DNA of 64,000 nt from the NCBI GenBank assembly GCA_963845245.1, contig CAWJRJ010000014.1, forward strand, positions 64,001-128,000, given 5' to 3'. The translations under genes were made by a program, and so were the position numbers. This stretch comes from Nitrospirota bacterium. Lineage in GTDB: Bacteria; Nitrospirota; JACRHJ01. Shown here piece by piece: positions 44,205 to 54,049 of this stretch. The number at the start of each line of letters is the position of its first letter. Positions within the stretch are counted from its first letter, which is position 1. Below the pieces are notes generated by a model. The model was not told the DNA's origin. It saw nothing but the letters and a program-made list of their open reading frames with translations, and did not search any database.

Positions 44205-45403
44205 GGAAGCTCGGGCTTTTTTACCTTGCTACAAGCAATATTAAACGAAAATTATTCAGGACCATCTCGATAGTCCTGTCCGTCGCCGTTGTGGCCGGTA
44301 CGCTCTTTTCGGCTACGATGGTCATATACAGCGTCAAGAGGAGCATAAACATAGGTACGGAGCGGCTCGGGGCCGACATACTCGTGGTGCCTGCCTCGGC
44401 CGAGCAGCAGGCGCGTACAGCGCTTATTTCAGGAGAGCCTGGTACATACTACATGGACCGTTCTGTGCTGGACAAGGTCAGGCAGGTAGAGGGCGTGGAG
44501 AAGGCTACCCCGCAGGTTTTTATCGAGTCGTCGTCTTTTTCGTGCTGTTACGTCGGCAATGTGCTTCTCATCGGATTCGACCCGGCAACCGACTTCTCCG
44601 TCACCTCCTGGCTTTCTGATTTCTCCGGCAAGTTCGGCTCGGACGACATAATAGCCGGACGTGAAATACCGACATTAAAGGGCAGGACACTGACATTTTA
44701 CGGCCACCCGTTCAAGGTCGTCGGAACTCTTGCCCCGACCGGGATGCATTACCTGGACAACTCAGCATTTATAACAATGGATTCCGCCTACCTTATGGCG
44801 GCGGAGTCAAGCAAGAAGGCCAAGAAGACCATCCAGGTTACGCCTAACCAGATTTCCACCGTACTGGTGAAGGTGAAGGAAGGTTTCACTCCCCAGAGGG
44901 TCGCGGTAAAGATAAACTATGCGGTCGACGGGGTAAAGGCCATCGCATCGAGTGAGGTGATCTCCACCGTAAAGGAGCAGCTCTCGACGCTTTTCACCTA
45001 CCTCTTCACGATAGGCGGGATAGTATGGGTTATGGCGCTCCTCCTTATAGCCGTGGTCTTTTCCATGATAGTCAACGAGAGGCAGCGTGAGATAGGGCTG
45101 CTGCGGGCGATGGGCGCTACCAAGGGCTACATGTTCCGCCTGCTCGTCACCGAGGCCTGCATCCTTACCACGGCCGGAGGGGTTACAGGTGTGAGTCTAG
45201 GGGCGATAATCGTGTACAGTTTCAAAAACCTTATAGTAAAGGAACTGAACGTGCCCTACCTCTGGCCTTCGGCCTCTTTCACAGCGATGCTTATGGCAGG
45301 GTGCGTTGCCGTATCTTTGATCACAGGCGTCATTGCGGCCCTCTACCCTGCATCGTTGTCCGCAAGGATGGAGCCGTACAGCGCCATCAGGAAAGGGGAG
45401 TGA
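44201..45403 (+). CDS. FtsX/MacB-type ABC permease
   Basis: RLGADILVVP, SCC, NERQREIGLLRAMGA. Confidence 0.88.
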   Translation: MRKLGLFYLATSNIKRKLFRTISIVLSVAVVAGTLFSATMVIYSVKRSINIGTERLGADILVVPASAEQQARTALISGEPGTYYMDRSVLDKVRQVEGVEKATPQVFIESSSFSCCYVGNVLLIGFDPATDFSVTSWLSDFSGKFGSDDIIAGREIPTLKGRTLTFYGHPFKVVGTLAPTGMHYLDNSAFITMDSAYLMAAESSKKAKKTIQVTPNQISTVLVKVKEGFTPQRVAVKINYAVDGVKAIASSEVISTVKEQLSTLFTYLFTIGGIVWVMALLLIAVVFSMIVNERQREIGLLRAMGATKGYMFRLLVTEACILTTAGGVTGVSLGAIIVYSFKNLIVKELNVPYLWPSASFTAMLMAGCVAVSLITGVIAALYPASLSARMEPYSAIRKGE

Positions 45404-45407
45404 GGCT

Positions 45408-46074
45408 ATGATAGAGATAGTAAACCTCACCAAAACATACCATGACGGTGAACAGTCGCTTACGGTAGTCAATGAGGTCAACCTCAAAGTGGCGCAGGGC
45501 GAGCTTGTAAGCATAGTAGGACATTCCGGCAGCGGCAAGACCACGCTCCTCTCGCTTATGGGCGGTCTTACGAAGCCGGACGGCGGTACCGTCAAAATAG
45601 GAGGTACGGATATCTGGTCGCTTGGTGACGACCGGCTCTCCGAGTTCAGGAACCGGAACGTCAACTTCATATTCCAGTTCGCAAGCCTCATCCCGACACT
45701 CAACGTCCTCGACAATGTGCTCCTGCCTTCTGCATTCGGGAGCCAGCACCCCAGGCCTCGAAGATTATGCAGTGGAGCTTCTGAAGTTGGTCGGCCTGGG
45801 GGACAAGGTCAGGAGTTATCCGGCCAGGCTCTCAGGCGGACAGCAGCGAAGGGTCGCCATAGCGCGGGCGTTCATAAATTCTCCCAAGGTGGTACTGGCT
45901 GACGAGCCGACAGGCGACCTCGACGAGGCTACTGAGGCCGAGATCATGGAGATATTCAAAAAACAGAACGAGGGCGGCACGACGTTTGTGATAGTGACCC
46001 ACAACAGCGCCCTTGCCGCTATAGCTCCGAAGCGGTATACTATGACTCACGGCATACTATCGGAGAAGATTTGA
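45408..46074 (+). CDS. ABC ATP-binding protein, frameshift near 45740
   Basis: GHSGSGKTT in the first frame; LSGGQQ and DEPTGDLD in the second. Confidence 0.88.
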
Positions 46075-46376
46075 AGACCATCCATGTAAAAATGGCATGC
46101 ATCTTTCTGGTCTTCTTCATCGTCCAGGCGATGTTGCTGAGTTCCGTTTGCGTCTCCACCAAGGGCTTTTCCGCCGCCAAGGAGAAGGTCCTGATTTCCC
46201 TTGATGTCTGCGGCCACGGCGGGGCAACCGGAGTTTTAAGTTTGACCGACTTCGACATTACGATACCTACCGTGCCTCAAATCTTCCTGATAGAATCAAC
46301 AGTTTTTCCTCCGACCCCGGGTGAAACCGTCGCTTCGGTTGAACCTGGAGAAATAGACGACCCCCCGAAATCCTGA
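46071..46376 (+). CDS. Hypothetical protein
   Basis: Hydrophobic N-terminus, LDVC, C-terminal DDPP; overlaps the upstream stop. Confidence 0.45.
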   Translation: MKTIHVKMACIFLVFFIVQAMLLSSVCVSTKGFSAAKEKVLISLDVCGHGGATGVLSLTDFDITIPTVPQIFLIESTVFPPTPGETVASVEPGEIDDPPKS

Positions 46377-46486
46377 TGGGGCAACCGCCCCCCCGCTGCA
46401 ACCCCAATAAATTTTAAAAGGCTACTCCTCATTAAGCCTTCATGAGGATGTTCGAGTTCTGCCATAAACAAGCAAGGAGTAGTACG

Positions 46487-47521
46487 ATGAAAGGGTTCAT
46501 TTTGTCATTGCGCCTTAAATGCGCAGTTACGCTTGGTTTGGTCGCTATCGGCTGGCTGCTGGCGCCGGTGAATGCTCTGGCCTGTGCAAGTTGTGGCTGC
46601 ACATTGAGTCCCGATTGGGAAAACCTGCCGTCTTCCGTTTCGTACATGCCGGGATTAAGGATGGACTTGCGCTATGACTATCTGGACCAGGACCAACTGC
46701 GACGCAGGGGCGGGACTATTTCCGCCCATGACGCCAGCCGGATTACGAACGGCGGCAATCCCCAGGAAGTAGAAAAATTCACCAGAAACAATTACCTGAC
46801 ACTGGGAGCCGATTACAGCATAAACCACGACTGGGGAGTTAATGTCCAACTCCCTTACATAGATAGAGCCCATAGCACGCTTGGGACGGCATCGAACGGG
46901 GTGACCCCGGGGCCTGGCGGAGGGCAGTACGACTCGCATACCGCTAACATTGGCGATATAAAGTTGATAGGGCGCTACCAGGGTTTTACCCCGGATTGCA
47001 ACTTTGGCGTTCTTTTTGGGGTCAAGCTGCCGACCGGCAGCTTCAGGCAGACAGGAAATTCGACCGACCCGACTGCGCCGGGTGCCGTCCCTATCGACCG
47101 CGGCTTGCAGCCTGGTACAGGTACTACCGATCTGATTTTTGGCACATATTATTCCGATGAGCTGACTCAGAACGTGGATTACTTCGGTCAGGCGATTTAC
47201 CAGAAAGCATTGGACTCAAGAGTCCAGTTTAAGCCAGGCGATGGCCTTAACCTCAACCTGGGGTTGCGGTACTTGGGGTTTTCTCGTATTATCCCCCAGC
47301 TCCAGTTTAACTTCCGTTACGTCCTGCACGATATGGGTCATAATGCGGACACCGTCAGTACAGGAGGGACATTGATGTATATCAGCCCGGGTATCTCCGT
47401 GCCGGTCATAAGGCATGTTTCGATGTATGGTTTTGTGCAGGTGCCGGTTTACCAGTACGTACATGGAGTACAACTCGCGCCGCGTTTTACAACCTCTGTA
47501 GGTGTGCGTTACTCATTTTAA
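46487..47521 (+). CDS. Outer membrane beta-barrel transporter-like protein with N-terminal CxxCGC
   Basis: Signal peptide, CASCGC, GVKLPTG, QPGTG, C-terminal YSF. Confidence 0.75.
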   Translation: MKGFILSLRLKCAVTLGLVAIGWLLAPVNALACASCGCTLSPDWENLPSSVSYMPGLRMDLRYDYLDQDQLRRRGGTISAHDASRITNGGNPQEVEKFTRNNYLTLGADYSINHDWGVNVQLPYIDRAHSTLGTASNGVTPGPGGGQYDSHTANIGDIKLIGRYQGFTPDCNFGVLFGVKLPTGSFRQTGNSTDPTAPGAVPIDRGLQPGTGTTDLIFGTYYSDELTQNVDYFGQAIYQKALDSRVQFKPGDGLNLNLGLRYLGFSRIIPQLQFNFRYVLHDMGHNADTVSTGGTLMYISPGISVPVIRHVSMYGFVQVPVYQYVHGVQLAPRFTTSVGVRYSF

Positions 47522-47563
47522 GGTCAAGGGGCATTTATCAACCGATTTTCAAAAGGGGTACAA

Positions 47564-48620
47564 ATGAATTCGAAATACAAAAGACGGCTATTTTTTATAA
47601 CGATTTTAGTTTCTTTTCTATACGGGTCTGTCGCTTGGGCAGGCGGTTTCTGCTGCCAGATGCAGTCCGGTGTGGGGCAGAACGGCCTTTCGGGCGCCGG
47701 AAACGTCAGCCTCGGCGTGGATTACTCCTACAGCAGGATGTCCAGGTTCATGCAGGGTGACGACTCGGTGAGTCTTGCGGCAGTGCTTGACGACCCGAGG
47801 TTCAGGCCTGCGGCGATGGGAAAAATGATGGGTATGGGTGTAGTGCCGGATGAGATGACTATGCAGCGCGTAACCCTGACCGCAGCCTACCAGCCTACCG
47901 ACAGGCTTGCATTGTCGTTGTCCGTCCCATGGGTGATAAACGATATGACCATGTTCATGTGGAAAGACATGGGACTGGGTGGCAGTTGGACCAAGATAAA
48001 GATGGACCAGGTATCCGGGCTTGGCGACATAACCCTGTTTGGCTCTTATAGGGTCTACCAGGACCAGGAAATGAGGCCCAGGACCTCGCTTTGGGCGGGG
48101 GTCGGAATAAAGTCACGCATCAGGTTCTTCAACAGTGGACGAGGGTGGGAAGAGGGTCCACGCACACATGCAACCTGGCACCGGCTCCTGGGACCCAATT
48201 CTGAGCCTGAACTACGTCAAGATGATAAGCTCGGCCTTCCTGTTGAAGGCTGGCGGGACGTATCATATCGCGACCGACAACAACCTGAATTATAATTATG
48301 GCAACACTCTCGCCGTTGACACCGACCTTGCCTACAACCTGACCGACTACATGAACGTCTCGCTTGGTTTCAATTATTTTCATTCAGATAAAGCCCAAGA
48401 CCCGGACAATAATTATAACGGACAGAATCCGCACAGGCTGACGGACTATGTAGGATATACCGGAGAGGACAGTATCTGGGTTTCGCCCACAATGCGTATA
48501 ATGCCTCTGGCTGGCATGGCCGTTGATTTTAAGTTCCAATATCCGCTGTATTATCATATCCCGGTCATCGCGCAGGTCACGGACTTCCGGGTAACGGGAG
48601 GCCTCTCCTACAGTTTCTAA
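47564..48620 (+). CDS. Related outer membrane beta-barrel protein (CC, Met-rich), frameshift near 48115
   Basis: GGFCC, MGKMMGMG, GLGDI, HAHMQPGTG, C-terminal YSF. Confidence 0.72.
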
Positions 48621-48635
48621 CATCTGCACAAATCA

Positions 48636-48664
48636 AAACGGCGCGGGCATGGCCCGCGCCGTTT
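48636..48664. terminator. Bidirectional terminator between convergent genes
   Basis: AAACGGCGCGGGC-atg-GCCCGCGCCGTTT. Confidence 0.75.
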
Positions 48665-48684
48665 ATTCTTTTACGCTCTACTCC

Positions 48685-49122
48685 TTAAAACCATTCCGCC
48701 CCGGCCTCGACATCGCTTTGGGAGATAACCAGGTTCCCCCCCTCCGCCTTGCTGGGGATTTTAATCGGCACGCAGTTCCCGATACCCGTATCGAGGTTTT
48801 CGATGCTGAAGGCCGTGTTGCAGTACCTGCATACCACGCAGCCATTTTCGGTCCTGTACCCCATGTGGTGAGGGTAGCAGGTGATGCAGGCGTCGAAGGC
48901 TGTCTTGAACTCCCCGTCTTCCGAACGGGCAACGAGGAACACAATATCCTTGTCGCCATAATGATGGCTGAAGAACCGGACATTCCCTTTTTCAATACTG
49001 GCTGTATTAATTATAAACTTGCCGTCCCGTGGCGCGATCTCCTCGCCCCTGGATTTTTTGCCGCAGGCGAATAGGGACACAAGGACAAGAGACAGGATTA
49101 TTGTCGTCGTGATTTTTTTCAT
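48685..49122 (-). CDS. DUF2318-family lipoprotein (Rieske-like Fe-S)
   Basis: Lipobox LFAC, DAC..C, C..C, C.P. Confidence 0.8.
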   Translation of the reverse strand: MKKITTTIILSLVLVSLFACGKKSRGEEIAPRDGKFIINTASIEKGNVRFFSHHYGDKDIVFLVARSEDGEFKTAFDACITCYPHHMGYRTENGCVVCRYCNTAFSIENLDTGIGNCVPIKIPSKAEGGNLVISQSDVEAGAEWF

Positions 49123-49253
49123 TATCCAGATTAAACCATAAATTGATACGACATGGAAGAGTTTTAGTGCAGGCCTGAGTGTTTTTTATCTCTGTTGATT
49201 GACTTCGTTTTTGCATGATGTTATTATTTTGTAACGCCATAAAAAGGAAGCTG

Positions 49254-51122
49254 ATGAGTAACAGGCTTGTTATCGGGAAATTAAGTGATATCCTATCCAA
49301 ACCCTTCGTTATTTTTATTCTTTTTGCCCAGTTCGCGGCAGCGATAATCATAGCCTCGGCATACCACGGCCGTAGCAGTTCCGACGGCTGCCTCTACTGC
49401 CATGCGGACAAGCGGGCCATGGCCCGCATGGGCGCGCCCGGCCTCTATGTCACCCGTGAACAGGTCGAGAAGGAATCCAATATGCCCGGCGTCACCTGCC
49501 TGGACTGCCACCTGGGCGACGGCCGCTCACACGACAAGGACACAGCCCACAAGGGCATGCTCAGCCTGATACTTCTCGACCAGGACTTGAACCGCATCCC
49601 GCGCAAGGGCAGGATGGATATAATCGCCCCCTCAGGCTCCGACAGGCTCTACGCCATGTTCCCCAAGATAAACTACGACGGCGCCCAGGTCCCCGACCCG
49701 GACATCTTCACCGTCCTGTGGCATGACAGAGACCCCATAACCCTCGGTTACGACAAGACCATATCCCAGAAGACCTGCGGTAAGAGCGGCTGCCACCCGC
49801 AGGAGGTCAAGCAGTTCTCCGATACCGTTATGGGCGGCAACGTCCGCCAGCGTTCCATGGGTCACTGGCTCGACAAGCATGGCCCAAACAACTGCGGGCC
49901 GTCGTTTGCCGACCTGCCTCCCGGCAGCGGGGCCGGTTTCTCCGAAGCCAATTACAAGATCATAAAGGACGACCTGGCGTGCCCGTCCACCTACAGGAAC
50001 GCCACCGACCGCCAGCGCTTCTGCAACGTCTGCCACGCAGGCTGTCTTGACTGCCATTACCAGCCCGTAAAGAGCATGCATTCCTTCAGCAGGCGGATAC
50101 CTTCCGAGAACTGCACCGGAGGCGGACGCGGCACCGGCATGTGCCATTCCGGGAGCCAGGAGCGAAGGCGCGGCGACAGCTACCTCGGTGCGGAGTTCTC
50201 GCAGCCGCCCGGACTGCCGACGGACGCACACTACAAAAAGAAGATGGAATGCATGGACTGCCATGAGACGGGCGAGAAGGGGATGGGCGACATGCAGCGG
50301 AAGGTGGACTGTAGCGGCTGCCATTACGCCATCGTCAAGGCGCACGACGCCGGCGTACACCGGAAGCTCCGGTGCCAGGCCTGCCACATCTCCACGCTCG
50401 GGGGCTACCAGATGACCGTCTGGGGCGAGGGCCACGTATCAGGTAGGCAGACCCCGTTCAAGAAGTACAGCCTGTACTACGGCACGATCGAGGAGCCCAT
50501 CCTCATCAAGGACATGGAAGGCATGTATACCCCGTACAAGGTGTTCCCGAACGTCGCGACAAACATCAAAAGGCCGGAGGCCAAACGCGACGGCATCACG
50601 TTCCGCTGGCCGGGAGGGGAGACGAGGGACGCTTACGCCTTCCTCGGCACGTATGACACGCTCCCGAAGGCCAACCTCGCCCTTGCATTCATACAGATAG
50701 AGGCGGTCGGCCACCCCCTCGGCAAGTCCCGCACGTGCGAGTCCTGCCACGGCTCGGATACCCAGTCCGCGAAGGCGCAGTGGGAGTACCTGGGCTTCAC
50801 CGGCTCAGAGGCCTTCAAGGGCGCAAGCCTCGTTACCGCAGGCAAGGACGGCCTGAAGATAAGCGGGTTCAAGAATACCACGCCTATCAATATGATAGGT
50901 GATGCGGAACTGGCCGACTTTGCCGCGTGGCTCTACCTCGGCGACATATGGAACGTCAAAGGCGACTTCTCCATCCCGAAGTCCGACCCTGTGAAGTACC
51001 GGGAATATCTGAGGCAGGAGGGCGAGTTCAAGAGCCTGCTCGGGAAGAAGGCCGTGACCGCGAAAATCAAGTCCATAGGCGAGCATAACCCGAAGATGGG
51101 GCTGGATATTTTGAATAGGTAA
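49254..51122 (+). CDS. Membrane-anchored multiheme cytochrome c
   Basis: 8 CxxCH plus CX4CH and CX9CH; N-terminal TM. Confidence 0.9.
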   Translation: MSNRLVIGKLSDILSKPFVIFILFAQFAAAIIIASAYHGRSSSDGCLYCHADKRAMARMGAPGLYVTREQVEKESNMPGVTCLDCHLGDGRSHDKDTAHKGMLSLILLDQDLNRIPRKGRMDIIAPSGSDRLYAMFPKINYDGAQVPDPDIFTVLWHDRDPITLGYDKTISQKTCGKSGCHPQEVKQFSDTVMGGNVRQRSMGHWLDKHGPNNCGPSFADLPPGSGAGFSEANYKIIKDDLACPSTYRNATDRQRFCNVCHAGCLDCHYQPVKSMHSFSRRIPSENCTGGGRGTGMCHSGSQERRRGDSYLGAEFSQPPGLPTDAHYKKKMECMDCHETGEKGMGDMQRKVDCSGCHYAIVKAHDAGVHRKLRCQACHISTLGGYQMTVWGEGHVSGRQTPFKKYSLYYGTIEEPILIKDMEGMYTPYKVFPNVATNIKRPEAKRDGITFRWPGGETRDAYAFLGTYDTLPKANLALAFIQIEAVGHPLGKSRTCESCHGSDTQSAKAQWEYLGFTGSEAFKGASLVTAGKDGLKISGFKNTTPINMIGDAELADFAAWLYLGDIWNVKGDFSIPKSDPVKYREYLRQEGEFKSLLGKKAVTAKIKSIGEHNPKMGLDILNR

Positions 51123-51204
51123 CGGTGGGCAAATTGATTGACACGCCTCCTTACGAGGTAGTAAGATAAGGAATAGACTGAATTAACCGGAGCCAACGAA
51201 ATCC

Positions 51205-52521
51205 ATGAAAAAGACCTTCGTTCTTGACACAAACGTACTCCTGCATGACCCGAATTCCATATTTTCCTTTGAAGACAACGACGTAATAATACCCATCGTA
51301 GTGATAGAGGAGCTGGACAAGTTCAAAAAGGGTCTGGACGAGATAGGCCGTAACGCCAGGCAGGTCTCAAGGCACCTGGACGAGCTTCGGATGAAGAACA
51401 AGCTCTCCGTCGGTGTTAACCTCGACAACGGCGGCACCCTGAAGGTGGAGCTGAACCACCAGCGCGAAGAGCCCTGTCCGCTCCCGACCGACCTGTCGCT
51501 TGCCGTAGCCGACAACCGTATCCTGATGGTGGCGCTGTGTTACTCAAAGGAAAGGGAGGGCGTGGTCCTTGTCACAAAGGACACCAACCTCCGCATAAAG
51601 GCGGACGCGGTGGGCCTGACGACCGAGGACTACGAGACGGGCACCATCAATATCGACGAGCTTTACACGGGCGAGACCGAACTGGACGTCGAGCAGGCCG
51701 CGCTTACCGAATTCTTCGAAAAAGGGGAGCTTGCCGTCCCTGCGGATGTGTACTACCCGAACCAGTTCGTCATGGTAAGGAACCAGGCCAACCCGAGCCA
51801 GACCGGGCTTGCAAAGTACAACCCCAAAAGGAAGGCCGTTGTCCAGCTTGCCGGGGCCAAGCAGGGCGTGTGGGGCGTTTCGGCAAGGAACAAGGAGCAG
51901 AATTACGCGCTCGACCTTCTGCTGGACGACGAGATAAAGCTGGTCACTCTCGTAGGCAGGGCGGGCACGGGCAAGACCCTGCTGGCGCTCGCCGCCGGGC
52001 TTGAGAAGACGGTCGAGGAGCGCATATACCAGAGGCTGGTCGTTTCCAGGCCGATCTTCCCGCTGGGCCGCGACATCGGCTTCCTCCCGGGCGACGTCGA
52101 GGAAAAGCTGAAGCCCTGGATGCAGCCTATATTCGACAACCTGGAGTTCCTCATGGGCCCCTCCGAGGGGCGCGGCCGCAGGCCAAAGGACTACCACGGC
52201 CTGGTGGACCTGGGGATGCTGGAGCTTGAACCGCTCACATACATCAGGGGCAGGAGCATGCCAAACCGCTATCTCATAGTGGACGAGGCCCAGAACCTGA
52301 CCCCGCATGAGATAAAGACAATAATAAGCCGCGCGGGGGAGAATACCAAGATCGTCCTTACCGGCGACCCGTACCAGATAGACAACCCGTACATCGATTC
52401 GTCCTCGAACGGCCTCACATATGTTGCGGAGAGGTTCAAGCACGAGGCTATAGCCGGCCACATAACCCTCATAAAGGGCGAACGCTCATCCCTGGCCGAG
52501 CTTGCGACAAGGCTGCTATAG
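51205..52521 (+). CDS. PIN-PhoH (PhoH2) protein
   Basis: VLDTNVLLHDP, GRAGTGKT, YIRGRS, DEAQN. Confidence 0.92.
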   Translation: MKKTFVLDTNVLLHDPNSIFSFEDNDVIIPIVVIEELDKFKKGLDEIGRNARQVSRHLDELRMKNKLSVGVNLDNGGTLKVELNHQREEPCPLPTDLSLAVADNRILMVALCYSKEREGVVLVTKDTNLRIKADAVGLTTEDYETGTINIDELYTGETELDVEQAALTEFFEKGELAVPADVYYPNQFVMVRNQANPSQTGLAKYNPKRKAVVQLAGAKQGVWGVSARNKEQNYALDLLLDDEIKLVTLVGRAGTGKTLLALAAGLEKTVEERIYQRLVVSRPIFPLGRDIGFLPGDVEEKLKPWMQPIFDNLEFLMGPSEGRGRRPKDYHGLVDLGMLELEPLTYIRGRSMPNRYLIVDEAQNLTPHEIKTIISRAGENTKIVLTGDPYQIDNPYIDSSSNGLTYVAERFKHEAIAGHITLIKGERSSLAELATRLL

Positions 52522-52530
52522 CGTTTTCTC

Positions 52531-52560
52531 TTGACTTGGGGGAGGTCTGCCCTTTATAAT
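52531..52560 (+). promoter_or_regulatory. Sigma-70 promoter of the ccsA-hem operon
   Basis: TTGACT-N18-TATAAT. Confidence 0.65.
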
Positions 52561-52593
52561 TTAACTTTGTCGAACGCTTGCAAGAGGTGATAT

Positions 52594-52773
52594 TTGTCCG
52601 TACTTTACGCACTTATGATACCCGCAGGTCTATTATGTCTGGGATGGGGTTTCTGGGCAGCGCATAACGCTAAAAAGCCTGTTGACATCATAGGTTCGCT
52701 TGCAATCCTTGCAGGTCTGGCGACGGCGCTGCTCGGTACGCTTCTGGTCTGCGTCCCGCGTTTTTTCTCCTGA
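52594..52773 (+). CDS. 59-aa two-TM protein
   Basis: GAGGTG RBS, TTG start, two hydrophobic helices; not in the ORF track. Confidence 0.6.
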   Translation: MSVLYALMIPAGLLCLGWGFWAAHNAKKPVDIIGSLAILAGLATALLGTLLVCVPRFFS

Positions 52774-52780
52774 GGGCCTG

Positions 52781-53230
52781 ATGGAAAAAGCCAAACTCAT
52801 AAAGTTTCTCAGAAACGCCCTGCTGGTCTTTGTTGTGCTGATTTCGATGGTGTGGGTAAAGACCTATTCTTACGGCAGGGGCCAGTACCTGGAGGGCGAG
52901 AAGGCATTCGCGGCTGGCGACTATAAAACCGCCATATCAGATTATGAGACCGCAATACATATGTACACACCCTTAAGCGGCTATGTGCCCGCTTCGGCCC
53001 AGAGGCTCTGGGAGATAGGCCAGGGTTTTGAAAACGCGGGGGAATATGACTGGTCGCTTATAGCATACCGCTCGCTCCGGAGCAGTTTCTATGCGGTCAG
53101 GAGCTTCTACACCCCATACAAGGACTGGATCGACCGCTCCGAAAAACAGATAGACGTCGTACTTGCCATGCAGAGCAAGCGTAACGGCCAAACGCCCACC
53201 AAGGAGGCCTCGCCGTCAGCTCATGAATAG
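52781..53230 (+). CDS. Membrane-anchored TPR-like hypothetical protein
   Basis: TM followed by helical repeats; operonic. Confidence 0.7.
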   Translation: MEKAKLIKFLRNALLVFVVLISMVWVKTYSYGRGQYLEGEKAFAAGDYKTAISDYETAIHMYTPLSGYVPASAQRLWEIGQGFENAGEYDWSLIAYRSLRSSFYAVRSFYTPYKDWIDRSEKQIDVVLAMQSKRNGQTPTKEASPSAHE

Positions 53231-54038
53231 GGTTCTTTTCGGCATTACGCTGTTTTTTTATTTTCTTGCCACCTTCCACTACCTCCTCTTTCTCATCAAC
53301 CAGAGGGAGAGTATAGGGAAGGTCTGTCAGATAACCACCATAGTGGGGTTCGGTTTCCATACGGCATCCATCATATACCAGATGGTGAGCCTTAGCCACA
53401 TCCCCCTTACCAGCATAAGGGAATCGCTCGGTTTTTTTGCCTGGGCTATAGTGCTCATTTACCTTATCCTCGAGTACAAGGTGAAGATCCGGGTGATGGG
53501 GGCGTTCATAATCCCGCTCGCCTTCATCGCCGTTGCGGTCTCGCTCACGTTCCCCATAATCACGACGCCTCTGCCTGCATATTTCAGCAGCGCATGGCTG
53601 GGTATACATACGACGCTTGCCTTCCTCGCTGACGCGTCCTTTGCCATCGCGTTCGGCGTGGGTATCATGTACCTGATACAGGAGCGGCAGCTAAAACACA
53701 AGAACCCCGGTGCGTTTTACCACCGTCTGCCAAACCTTGACGTTCTGGACGAACTGGACTATAAGGCCATCGCGCTCGGCTTCCCGCTGCTTACCCTTGC
53801 CATCGTCACAGGATCGATATGGGCCAACAGCGCATGGGGTTATTACTGGGGCTGGGAACCAAAAGAGATATGGTCGCTTATCACCTGGCTAATATATGCG
53901 GCATATCTGCACGCCCGCCTGGTCGGCGGATGGCGGGGCCGCAAGGCGGCATACCTTGCCGTTATTGGTTTTGTGCTTGTTATATTTACATTCCTGGGCG
54001 TGAACCTGCTTCTGCCCGGGCAACACGCTTTTAAATAA
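53223..54038 (+). CDS. ccsA: System II cytochrome c biogenesis protein
   Basis: WAN.AWGYYWGWEPKE WWD domain, conserved His. Confidence 0.92.
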   Translation: MNRVLFGITLFFYFLATFHYLLFLINQRESIGKVCQITTIVGFGFHTASIIYQMVSLSHIPLTSIRESLGFFAWAIVLIYLILEYKVKIRVMGAFIIPLAFIAVAVSLTFPIITTPLPAYFSSAWLGIHTTLAFLADASFAIAFGVGIMYLIQERQLKHKNPGAFYHRLPNLDVLDELDYKAIALGFPLLTLAIVTGSIWANSAWGYYWGWEPKEIWSLITWLIYAAYLHARLVGGWRGRKAAYLAVIGFVLVIFTFLGVNLLLPGQHAFK

Positions 54039-54049
54039 CCGGAAGAGCC

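Noticed and set aside
36113..51122. Selenocysteine (in-frame TGA) readthrough in the S/Se locus
   Set aside because: I found no TGA at a conserved Cys position followed by continued homology; the breaks seen are frameshifts.
51205..52521. PIN-PhoH as a toxin-antitoxin or defence system
   Set aside because: No antitoxin is adjacent; it looks like the common chromosomal PhoH2.
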